IMG/VR virus record: IMGVR_UViG_3300005529_000007
Location: 3,169-67,168 of that record
Strand: one strand, 5' to 3'
Origin: a virus
Length of the DNA stretch: 64,000 nt
The translations under genes were made by a program, and so were the position numbers. Positions 57,385-64,000 of the stretch are shown piece by piece. Numbering within the stretch: the stretch's first letter is position 1; every line of letters begins with the position of its first letter. The notes under the pieces were generated by a model. It searched no databases, was not told where the DNA came from, and was given only the letters and a program-made list of their open reading frames with translations.

Positions 57385-57650
57385 AGGCAAACCCCTTCTG
57401 CCTATGGCCTCTTCGCTCTGGGGGAGAGACCTCCAGGTTTCCCTAGAGGCGGGTTCTTATAGAACCCTCACAATGGACCTAATCCACTGTGAGCGTTCCA
57501 CTGGAACGCCCGACGACTAGCACGGATAATTGCACCCGCAATAAGTGCGGGTGAGTCAAAACGAGGAAGGTACGTACCCAAGTTCGGATAGGTGCCCTCT
57601 CCTTCCAGATGGGAGCTTATGCCGCTCCCTGGCGTATTACCTCGTTTTAT
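57373..57650 (-). ncRNA. Candidate structured ncRNA (~280 nt) with abutting hairpins and a terminator
   Basis: At least seven strong helices; GAAA loop and G-U pairs fit the - strand. Confidence 0.6.
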
Positions 57651-57741
57651 GAGGCCGAACAAAACAGCCACTTTTCTTGCAATCATGCTTTGCCAGTGGC
57701 CGCTTCTTCAGGCGTGTAAAAAGCCTCTTGAGCAATTTCAT
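57637..57741 (-). CDS. 34-aa basic peptide (not in ORF track)
   Basis: MKLLKRLFTRLKKRPLAKHDCKKSGCFVRPHKTR after GGGAG. Confidence 0.4.
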   Translation of the reverse strand: MKLLKRLFTRLKKRPLAKHDCKKSGCFVRPHKTR

Positions 57742-57757
57742 GAATAGCTCCCATCAA

Positions 57758-57788
57758 AAAAGGGAACGGAGAATGTCCGTTCCCTTTT
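57758..57788. terminator. Intrinsic terminator (bidirectional)
   Basis: AAAAGGGAACGGA/TCCGTTCCCTTTT. Confidence 0.75.
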
Positions 57789-57951
57789 ATGTCGTTAGCT
57801 ATTGCTACTCTACGGCGTGTGTGACCCCGGCAACATCTGCACCAGCTCATGCTGCACAGAGCGCCTAAGCGCCCTCTGCTTGATGTCATCCAGGGAAACC
57901 ACCACCAGCAGCAACAACAAAACCACCGCAATCCACTTCATCGCTTCCCTC

Positions 57952-58665
57952 CTAATTGCGAGTACAATACGCTTTCGCAGGGGCGCTTGCATAGTGGGTT
58001 AATTCCAGCGCTATACCAATCGGGTGCCAATTCCCTGTCGGGGTGAATCTATACAGGGTTTGGTCATACGACCATCCCCATACTGACGCTTCCCCTGACG
58101 GCGCTTCCACACTGCCCGGATTCCAGTTCGGTGGCGTGTGCGCAGCATCGCACCACGTGGCCACCGGATACCAGCACCCATAGCCATCGCACGTGATTGC
58201 GAGACCTGTTCTTTGCAGCACATCCACCGCACTCTCGATGTACGTGTTCAAATTAAAGTACTGTGTCCCGGACTTGCATATCGCGCCGCCTGTATAGGCA
58301 ATCGCATACGTCACCGAGCCCGCGTAAACAGTCCCTTGAACCATTTTCCCTTGCAAGGCGTTGTTCGTAGCCCGCATGGCCTGCATGTTGCTGTCCCAAT
58401 ATCCGTTCACCGCAACACCGTTGACCGTAAACGTCAGCGCCGTAGGCGTTGCATAGCACGTCCAGGGAATGCAGGTGTTACCGTTGCAGTACTCGGTGTC
58501 CTCGGAGCCGCCGAATACATCAAACTCAAATACATCCGACGGGAAATCACTCCCCGAAGAAACGATCTGCGTACTTGTGGGCGGCGTCACCTCTTGCTGC
58601 CCTTGAGCGGCCATCACGAAGATCCCAAGTATCAACGAAACTAACACTCCACACCATCGCGTCAT
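57952..58665 (-). CDS. Exported Cys-rich protein
   Basis: Signal peptide MTRWCGVLVSLILGIFVMAAQG; beta-rich with paired Cys. Confidence 0.7.
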   Translation of the reverse strand: MTRWCGVLVSLILGIFVMAAQGQQEVTPPTSTQIVSSGSDFPSDVFEFDVFGGSEDTEYCNGNTCIPWTCYATPTALTFTVNGVAVNGYWDSNMQAMRATNNALQGKMVQGTVYAGSVTYAIAYTGGAICKSGTQYFNLNTYIESAVDVLQRTGLAITCDGYGCWYPVATWCDAAHTPPNWNPGSVEAPSGEASVWGWSYDQTLYRFTPTGNWHPIGIALELTHYASAPAKAYCTRN

Positions 58666-58672
58666 TTTGTCG

Positions 58673-58729
58673 CTCCTATATGCCTAGATTAGGCCGATAA
58701 AATCCAGAGCCCGAAGAGGCATTTAGGAG
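58673..58729 (-). promoter_or_regulatory. RBS-sequestering stem in the 5' UTR
   Basis: CUCCUA-A-AUGCCU pairs with AGGCAU-A-UAGGAG, which contains the SD. Confidence 0.55.
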
Positions 58730-58797
58730 TCCCCCAGGTTCAGAGAACTTAATCCCATTCCCTGGGGGGTGCGTTGCGAGCAGCAACAACGTCGAGA

Positions 58798-58968
58798 TTA
58801 TCTTGGCCACTTTCCTTTGGTCACCATGATGCCGCGTACAATGTCGGCTACATGTTGTGGGTCCGCCAAACGCTCTTGCCATACAGCTAATGCCTTCCTG
58901 GCCTCTCTACGCAACTGCCGTTTGGAAACGTGGCGAGTTGCCCGATGTTGAAATATGCCTGCTCGCAT
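58798..58968 (-). CDS. Small basic protein
   Basis: ATG 58968 after AGGAGG. Confidence 0.55.
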   Translation of the reverse strand: MRAGIFQHRATRHVSKRQLRREARKALAVWQERLADPQHVADIVRGIMVTKGKWPR

Positions 58969-59006
58969 ATTGCCTCCTGTTAATGTGTTTCTAGTGCTAA
59001 CCAACC

Positions 59007-59171
59007 CTAACTCGAAGGATTCATAACTTCGTGGCAAACTGCATGACACTCGCCACAACAACCTGCGTCCGCCGGACAGCGACACCCATTGCCATATTCG
59101 TCATCATTTGTGTATCCGTCCCATGGACAGCTAGGACAGAACCCTTCGTCGTGACAAACAGGGCATGTCAT
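59007..59171 (-). CDS. 54-aa protein with 10 Cys (not in ORF track)
   Basis: MTCPVCHDEGFCPSCPWDGYTNDDEYGNGCRCPADAGCCGECHAVCHEVMNPSS. Confidence 0.55.
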   Translation of the reverse strand: MTCPVCHDEGFCPSCPWDGYTNDDEYGNGCRCPADAGCCGECHAVCHEVMNPSS

Positions 59172-59179
59172 TTCGCTTT

Positions 59180-59572
59180 TCACTCAAATCCCTCCCACCG
59201 CTGATTCTTGCCCTCGCCCATGGTCCGCACCATACTGCCCGGCTGCGCCATACGCTTCTTGGCCTCACCCTCGCTAATCACTCTCCACTTGAGCTGCGAA
59301 TCACCCGTGTCCATGTACCTATGGCGTCTCGCGCCCTCTTTGGGCTGGCTCCATAGCCATCGCGTCGTTTTCCATTTCTGCTCAATACGATCAATCTCGC
59401 CCTGGAGGAAATCATCCAGTCTCTTGTACTCGCAGCCCTCTATGGGACGCATCCCAGGAGGCAATGTCCCCAATTTCGACCTGAGGAACCATTTGCGGAC
59501 ACGGCTGCGCCCATCCTCGAAGCTCTTTAGCTCCGTTTCGTATTCCTCTTTGGACTTGTAGATCTTGCTCAT
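59180..59572 (-). CDS. Hypothetical protein
   Basis: ATG 59572 overlaps the upstream stop. Confidence 0.6.
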   Translation of the reverse strand: MSKIYKSKEEYETELKSFEDGRSRVRKWFLRSKLGTLPPGMRPIEGCEYKRLDDFLQGEIDRIEQKWKTTRWLWSQPKEGARRHRYMDTGDSQLKWRVISEGEAKKRMAQPGSMVRTMGEGKNQRWEGFE

Positions 59573-59928
59573 CGCTTGTTCCACTCCTTGAGAAGGTGTC
59601 CCACAAACGCGGGCCAGAGCATATCCATTCCCTTGCCCCATTGGCTCCAACCACACGAACAACTCGCCAGCGATGGGTTTCTCTCGCGTCCATCCATCGT
59701 AAACACGGGGACGTGTTGTAGCATGAACTTCACGGGTATATTCACGTCTAGTTCTTTACCCATTGGGATGTGCCTCCGCGGCTTTCGCCAAACGATCACC
59801 GTACGTTTGTCTAAACACGGTTCGCAGCTAAAATATGTCGCCTCGCCCTCTGGGCGCATCCAAGTAGCAGGTTCCTTGTGGCAATCGTCACACAGTAAAC
59901 TCGAAGGTTCGATTTTGATCCAAGCCAT
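59569..59928 (-). CDS. Zn-finger hypothetical protein
   Basis: CDDC, CEPC and CSCGW motifs. Confidence 0.6.
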   Translation of the reverse strand: MAWIKIEPSSLLCDDCHKEPATWMRPEGEATYFSCEPCLDKRTVIVWRKPRRHIPMGKELDVNIPVKFMLQHVPVFTMDGRERNPSLASCSCGWSQWGKGMDMLWPAFVGHLLKEWNKR

Positions 59929-59952
59929 ATCGTCCTTCCCTACAACACGCGA

Positions 59953-60180
59953 TTAAGTTCTCTCCACCGCCCCCAAGTGCGAGTCGCTCTGTGCGACCCG
60001 TTTTTCGGGTAGTGCTAGAACAAGCTCTTGCCCATAGGGCACCACAACCCAGTCATCCATATGTGTCTTGGTATGTCCCGCAAGGTTGCGCATCATATCT
60101 CTCGCAACCTCCAAGGACATGTAGGAGGCCGACAATCTCCGCCAGCCCCCTGTTCGCAACTTAAGCGCGAGCTGATACAT
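59953..60180 (-). CDS. Hypothetical protein
   Basis: ATG 60180 after GAGGAG. Confidence 0.55.
   Translation of the reverse strand: MYQLALKLRTGGWRRLSASYMSLEVARDMMRNLAGHTKTHMDDWVVVPYGQELVLALPEKRVAQSDSHLGAVERT
59987..60014 (-). repeat. Dispersed repeat R7 (inside a CDS)
   Basis: Reverse complement CACTACCCGAAAAACGGGTCGCACAGAG. Confidence 0.78.
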
Positions 60181-60388
60181 TACGGCTCCTCTTGGTCGGC
60201 ATGGGATTCGCCAACAAGGCGAATTTCCCTCGTGTCTCATGCCCATTGATGCACTTCACGGTCCCAAGACGGTAATTCCCATCCGTCTTGACCAGTCTCC
60301 AATGCGAGAAACAATGCACAATCTGTGTCCCGTGCTTCTCAACCACCTTGCGACACGCAAACTTCGCCAGACGTAGTTCCTTGTTCAT
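60161..60388 (-). CDS. Hypothetical protein
   Basis: Coupled ORF. Confidence 0.5.
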   Translation of the reverse strand: MNKELRLAKFACRKVVEKHGTQIVHCFSHWRLVKTDGNYRLGTVKCINGHETRGKFALLANPMPTKRSRNVSARA

Positions 60389-60597
60389 GACTCTCTCCCA
60401 GGCGTACCGTGTGGGGCCAATCCTCGCAGTGCTCTTACCTGGTTGGCCCTCGTGATTAGCTTCGTGGCATTCTCATGCCATCTATCCAGCATGTTGCGAT
60501 CTACCACACGTGAGACACGCTCCACTAGCGTGTGCTCTCGCTTGGCATTCGTTTCCTCCACGTGGCGCTGAAGCACCACGGGATCGAAATTGCTCAT
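60385..60597 (-). CDS. Hypothetical protein
   Basis: SD AGGAG. Confidence 0.55.
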   Translation of the reverse strand: MSNFDPVVLQRHVEETNAKREHTLVERVSRVVDRNMLDRWHENATKLITRANQVRALRGLAPHGTPGRES

Positions 60598-60728
60598 AAC
60601 GCTCTCCTGAGGCGAGTAGCCTCACACAGGGGCGCATATAGCGCCCTAGTGCGCGATCACTCGCACAAGCTCATAAAGCCCGTACCACATCCACGCGCTC
60701 ACGATGCACGCCATGACGAACTTGGGAT

Positions 60729-60938
60729 TCATGGCTTCTCCCGCGTTATTGGGTCGTTGTCGTAGGAATACCCCTGATCGTTGATCTTGCGCCTGATGGA
60801 ATCGAACACCACGCGCGCTTCTCCCTCAACCCGCGTCCTCCACAACCCAACGTCATGGACGATCATCGGATCTCTGTGAGGATTAGCCTCATCCCTCTGC
60901 AAGAGAGTCAGCTTGATGATGTAGCGAGGCTTCTTCAT
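60729..60938 (-). CDS. Hypothetical protein
   Basis: SD GGAGG. Confidence 0.55.
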   Translation of the reverse strand: MKKPRYIIKLTLLQRDEANPHRDPMIVHDVGLWRTRVEGEARVVFDSIRRKINDQGYSYDNDPITREKP

Positions 60939-61008
60939 GGCAGCCTCCCAAGAACATGCACAACAAGCTCCGCCAGAACCGCAATACTTGCGAGTACTAC
61001 GAGAACTT

Positions 61009-61206
61009 TCAAGCCGTACATGGGTCGTCCCTCCATGTCTCGCAAGATGACCTGAACTCCATGTAGACGTTCGTCATCGCGCTCATGTCCCCAAACTCTA
61101 CGTATCTGTCCCACGCATCTAGCACGTTCTCCTCGCACATCATGAGAGCCGCTTGCAGGCCCTTGGGATCACGCTCAAGCTCGTGCTCGTAATCCCCCTT
61201 GTGCAA
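61009..61206 (-). CDS. Hypothetical protein
   Basis: Short ORF in the early block. Confidence 0.4.
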   Translation of the reverse strand: MHKGDYEHELERDPKGLQAALMMCEENVLDAWDRYVEFGDMSAMTNVYMEFRSSCETWRDDPCTA

Positions 61207-61276
61207 ATCATGCGTGCGACTTGCGAGCGGGTGGAAAAAGCGCGGGTGAGCGTATGCCCACCCGCATGGGAGAGAA

Positions 61277-61690
61277 CTACTCTGCGAGGCTGTTCAGGCG
61301 TTCGAGCGCGGCGATGTCGTCGGCGCTCACGGTTTGCTGCGTGCGCAAGGCGTCGGCGTACTTGGCCATGTCGGCATTGCCGGACTTGCTCGCCTTGGCC
61401 GCAATGCGCTCAAGGGCTTTCTGCTCACGGGGGGTGAGCTTGAATTTCCCGTCTGCACGGGCAGCCGTGCGCTTGTTAATACTTATCCCGATCTGGTACG
61501 ACTCGCCCGTGTTGGTATCTAGCACGGCGATGTTGTGCGCTCGGGTAGTAAACCCATACGGGCGTTCTTCCGCCTGCGTCCAGTCCACGCACGCAAGTAA
61601 TACTTCCGCAACCGTGAGGCGGTCGAGGGCACCATTGGGCGGTTCAGTCGTGTTCGTAATCTTCAACGCGGGTTGTTTCTTGTCGTCCAT
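61277..61690 (-). CDS. First early gene, hypothetical protein
   Basis: SD AGGAG; followed by a terminator-like hairpin at ~61235-61265. Confidence 0.7.
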   Translation of the reverse strand: MDDKKQPALKITNTTEPPNGALDRLTVAEVLLACVDWTQAEERPYGFTTRAHNIAVLDTNTGESYQIGISINKRTAARADGKFKLTPREQKALERIAAKASKSGNADMAKYADALRTQQTVSADDIAALERLNSLAE

Positions 61691-61814
61691 ACTCGCAATC
61701 TCCTGTAGGGCCTAAGCCCGGATGTGCTTGGCCGTTTGGCCGAGCCGCCGAACTCCCTGTCCTCCAGGGTCCAAAGTAAGTGGCCTGTTTTCAAGCACTT
61801 GCAGAAATCCGGCC

Positions 61815-62282
61815 CAAGTCCTTGATTCCAAAGGACTTATCTCCTCCTGCGTGCGTACACCCGCTTGTACGCAAGTGCCCGCGTATCACGGGCGTGCGCA
61901 GATTAACTAAATCAGGCGCGGGCGCACCCATATGCGCGTGCGTGCGTATGTCATTGATTGCGCGTGCGAGCGCGTATGTTTAGGCTTGTCGCCAGGCGGG
62001 TGGCCTTATCATCTTGGATGGGACCCATCGTCTACAAAATTTTAGAAACTTAGAACTAACTCATTGATTCTAAAGGGGGGCGGCAGAACTGAGGCGGGGG
62101 TCCTATAAGTCCTTTATAATGAGTGGAATGACACTTTTTCTCTAAATGGTTTATTTTCAACAAACTAAAAATGTCTCTCTCTCTACCCCCCTTATATATT
62201 AGGAGAAAGATATAGAAGAGAGAGAGACAGAATCGTACCGCTGAGTGCATTTTGAAGGAAAAGATCCCCCAACTTATTGATA
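61815..62282. promoter_or_regulatory. Divergent non-coding control/packaging region with IHF-consensus sites
   Basis: WATCAA-N4-TTR on the - strand at 61815-61827, 62057-62069 and 62270-62282; palindrome AAGTCCTT-N7-AAGGACTT. Confidence 0.55.
62172..62246 (+). repeat. (TC)n/(AG)n hairpin plus CGTACCGCTGAGT element, copy B
   Basis: Homologous to 42092-42163. Confidence 0.75.
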
Positions 62283-62351
62283 ATAGGAGGTTTAGACTTG
62301 AGCACAACAAGTAAGTATATGAAAACAAAGCAAATATAATTTTGCATAATG

Positions 62352-62384
62352 TGACAAGAAATGCCCTCCTGTGGCGTCTAATCT
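62352..62384 (+). promoter_or_regulatory. Phage ECF-sigma promoter P4 (late operon)
   Basis: TGACAAGAA-N13-GCGTCTAATCT. Confidence 0.78.
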
Positions 62385-62850
62385 ACGCGAGCCTAAGTTG
62401 CCCTCCAAGCCCTACACACCCCCCGCCTGGTATCGACCCGCAGCAGAGCTGATGGCCCGCAATAGCCTCTCCCTCAAGCAGGCCGTCAGCGAGCTGAAAG
62501 TCCAGATCACCCCTGAAGAGTGCGAACTCGTCTCTCGTAGGAAGGAATTCCAACAAATACTCCGTGAAGAACGAAACAAGTTCCACACGGAAGTTGCCGA
62601 TCAGCCAGGACGCAACAAGTCCACGGCCCTCGGCATGATGCAAGTCGCCATCGAGAAGCTCATGGTTGAAGGGGAATGGGACAAAGCCGTAGCAGCCATC
62701 GAGAAACTCGCCAAACTCGAAGGCTGGGTCGGGTCCGACAGCAACATAAACATCTTCTCCGGCCTCACTGCAAGAGACATTGCCGAGGCCAAAGAGCGCA
62801 TATCCAAGCAGATTGAACCTCGAAGCCCTCAAGAGATTCTCCCCAACTGA
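62371..62850 (+). CDS. Terminase small subunit (true start probably TTG 62398 or later)
   Basis: HTH-like N-terminus, AIEKLAKLEG motif, overlaps terL. Confidence 0.7.
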   Translation: MASNLREPKLPSKPYTPPAWYRPAAELMARNSLSLKQAVSELKVQITPEECELVSRRKEFQQILREERNKFHTEVADQPGRNKSTALGMMQVAIEKLMVEGEWDKAVAAIEKLAKLEGWVGSDSNINIFSGLTARDIAEAKERISKQIEPRSPQEILPN

Positions 62851-64000
62851 GCAGCTCGCCATTCTTGAGGCCCTAGAGGCCAAGAGAAAACAAGAGAACT
62901 TCATCAAGTACTGGGAACCACAGCCTCAACAGGCTGCGGCCCTCCCGAGGTTCACGAGCGACATTAAGATCTTCGGCTTCCTGGGCGGCAATCGCTCGGG
63001 CAAAACCGAAGTAGGCGTCTTCCTGGATGTCGCCTGGGCGCTAGGTAAAGAGTATTTCCAAGGCGAACCTGCCTGGGAATATGTCAAGGACCTCCCAATC
63101 CCCGAACCACCGAACAACATCTGGATCGTGGGGTTGGACTACGGGGTCCTGAAGAACGTCATTTGGTGGGAAAAGCTGCGCCAGGGCCGCAATCATCCCC
63201 CGTTACTCCCGAAAGATCCCCAAGTTGTCACGAAAGTCATAGATGGAGAGTTCCAAGTCCACTTCGCCAATGGGTCCATTATCACAGGCAAGAGCGCAGA
63301 TTCGGGCCGTGAGAAATTCCAGGGCGCAAGCGTTGACCTCGTCCACATTGATGAAGAGTGCGAAGTTGCAGTATTTGATGAGTGTTATCAGAGAACTGCG
63401 GACTGTGCGGGAAAAATCTTACTTACGCTCACTCCGCTCGTCGATGTAGCGAGTGGCGTTAAGACGCCGTGGGTATTTGATCTCTACGAGGAAAAACAGC
63501 AAGGCAGAAAAGACGTAGAGTTCGTCAAGCTGAGCGTACTGAATAATCCGTACGTCCCTGACGAAGAGAAAACAAAGCTCCTGGAGAAATGGTCAGGACA
63601 CTTTGAGGAGAAGGCAAGACTATACGGGGACTTCATCCAGAGAAGCGGGCTGGTTTATAACCTCTGGGATGAAAAGAAACATGTAGTTGATCCCTTCAAG
63701 ATCCCGAGAGACTGGAGAAGGATCGTCTCCATTGATCCTGCGGCTACGGGCACAACCGCTGTCATCTGGGCCGCCGTCGAACCAGGGACCAATAACCTCT
63801 ACATCTACAACGAATACTACGAGCGCGACATGGTTGTGTCTAACCATGCGAAGAATATCCTGGTTCGGAATGGATCTGATCCCATCGACATCTGGCTCAT
63901 TGATCCCAAATGGGGCAGCCAGCGGAACAACGAGACTCACAAGACAGGAGCCCAGCTCTATCGGGAAAACAACATCCCCGTTCGCCTGGCGGAAGTCAAC
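62780..64000 (+). CDS. terL: Terminase large subunit, truncated by the window end
   Basis: Walker A GGNRSGKT, Walker B VHIDEE, LTLTP coupling motif, nuclease SIDPA; start TTG 62780 or 62813. Confidence 0.93.
   Translation, partial: MPRPKSAYPSRLNLEALKRFSPTEQLAILEALEAKRKQENFIKYWEPQPQQAAALPRFTSDIKIFGFLGGNRSGKTEVGVFLDVAWALGKEYFQGEPAWEYVKDLPIPEPPNNIWIVGLDYGVLKNVIWWEKLRQGRNHPPLLPKDPQVVTKVIDGEFQVHFANGSIITGKSADSGREKFQGASVDLVHIDEECEVAVFDECYQRTADCAGKILLTLTPLVDVASGVKTPWVFDLYEEKQQGRKDVEFVKLSVLNNPYVPDEEKTKLLEKWSGHFEEKARLYGDFIQRSGLVYNLWDEKKHVVDPFKIPRDWRRIVSIDPAATGTTAVIWAAVEPGTNNLYIYNEYYERDMVVSNHAKNILVRNGSDPIDIWLIDPKWGSQRNNETHKTGAQLYRENNIPVRLAEVN

Larger units (their letters stand above)
1..64000. mobile_element. 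Temperate tailed phage (podovirus-like) genome, circularly permuted and nearly complete
   Basis: Terminase, portal, capsid, tail, lysis, integrase and DNA polymerase genes in two large oppositely oriented blocks. No host housekeeping genes. No tape measure or sheath gene. Confidence 0.93.

Noticed and set aside
62056-62328. 90-aa minus-strand ORF in the control region
   Set aside because: Low-complexity translation of an AT-rich regulatory sequence with no SD.
1-64000. CRISPR array, tRNA/rRNA genes, reverse transcriptase (DGR or retron)
   Set aside because: No regularly spaced repeat-spacer units, no cloverleaf with a T-loop in non-coding DNA, and no RT motifs seen by eye.

Overview
The whole window is bacteriophage DNA, probably most of a temperate podovirus-type genome. 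It is circularly permuted: the large terminase is cut off at the right edge and downstream structural genes start at the left edge. The + strand (62.4-64 kb and 1-27.7 kb) carries terS/terL, four Cys-rich tail fibre/spike-like proteins, portal, scaffold, an N4-gp56-like major capsid protein, an HNH nuclease, a SleB-type hydrolase/phosphatase/holin cassette, tail tube and nozzle proteins, ejection proteins and a Xer-like recombinase. The - strand (27.6-61.7 kb) carries an integrase beside a candidate attP, nucleotide pyrophosphatases, a DUF3987 ATPase, a UDG-fused family A DNA polymerase and a Sak4/SSB/exonuclease module. It also has an ECF sigma factor, two LuxR-type HTH proteins, a phiEco32-like peptide-ligase cluster (three COOH-NH2 ligases, ATP-grasp, class II GATase, GNATs) and many small early genes. 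The most unusual signals are: (1) Sec-type signal peptides on all four receptor-binding-like proteins and a hydrophobic leader on the capsid protein; (2) several large, well-folded intergenic RNA candidates (54.9-55.3, 57.4-57.65, 38.3-38.5 and 53.1-53.3 kb); (3) four copies of a promoter motif GAC(A/C)AGA(A/T)-N13-GCGTCTAATCT, probably read by the phage sigma factor; (4) a seven-copy ~28-bp repeat that forms long inverted-repeat elements, one of them in frame inside a virion gene. All family assignments come from motif recognition by eye and no searches were run. An Acidobacteriota-like diderm host is only an inference.
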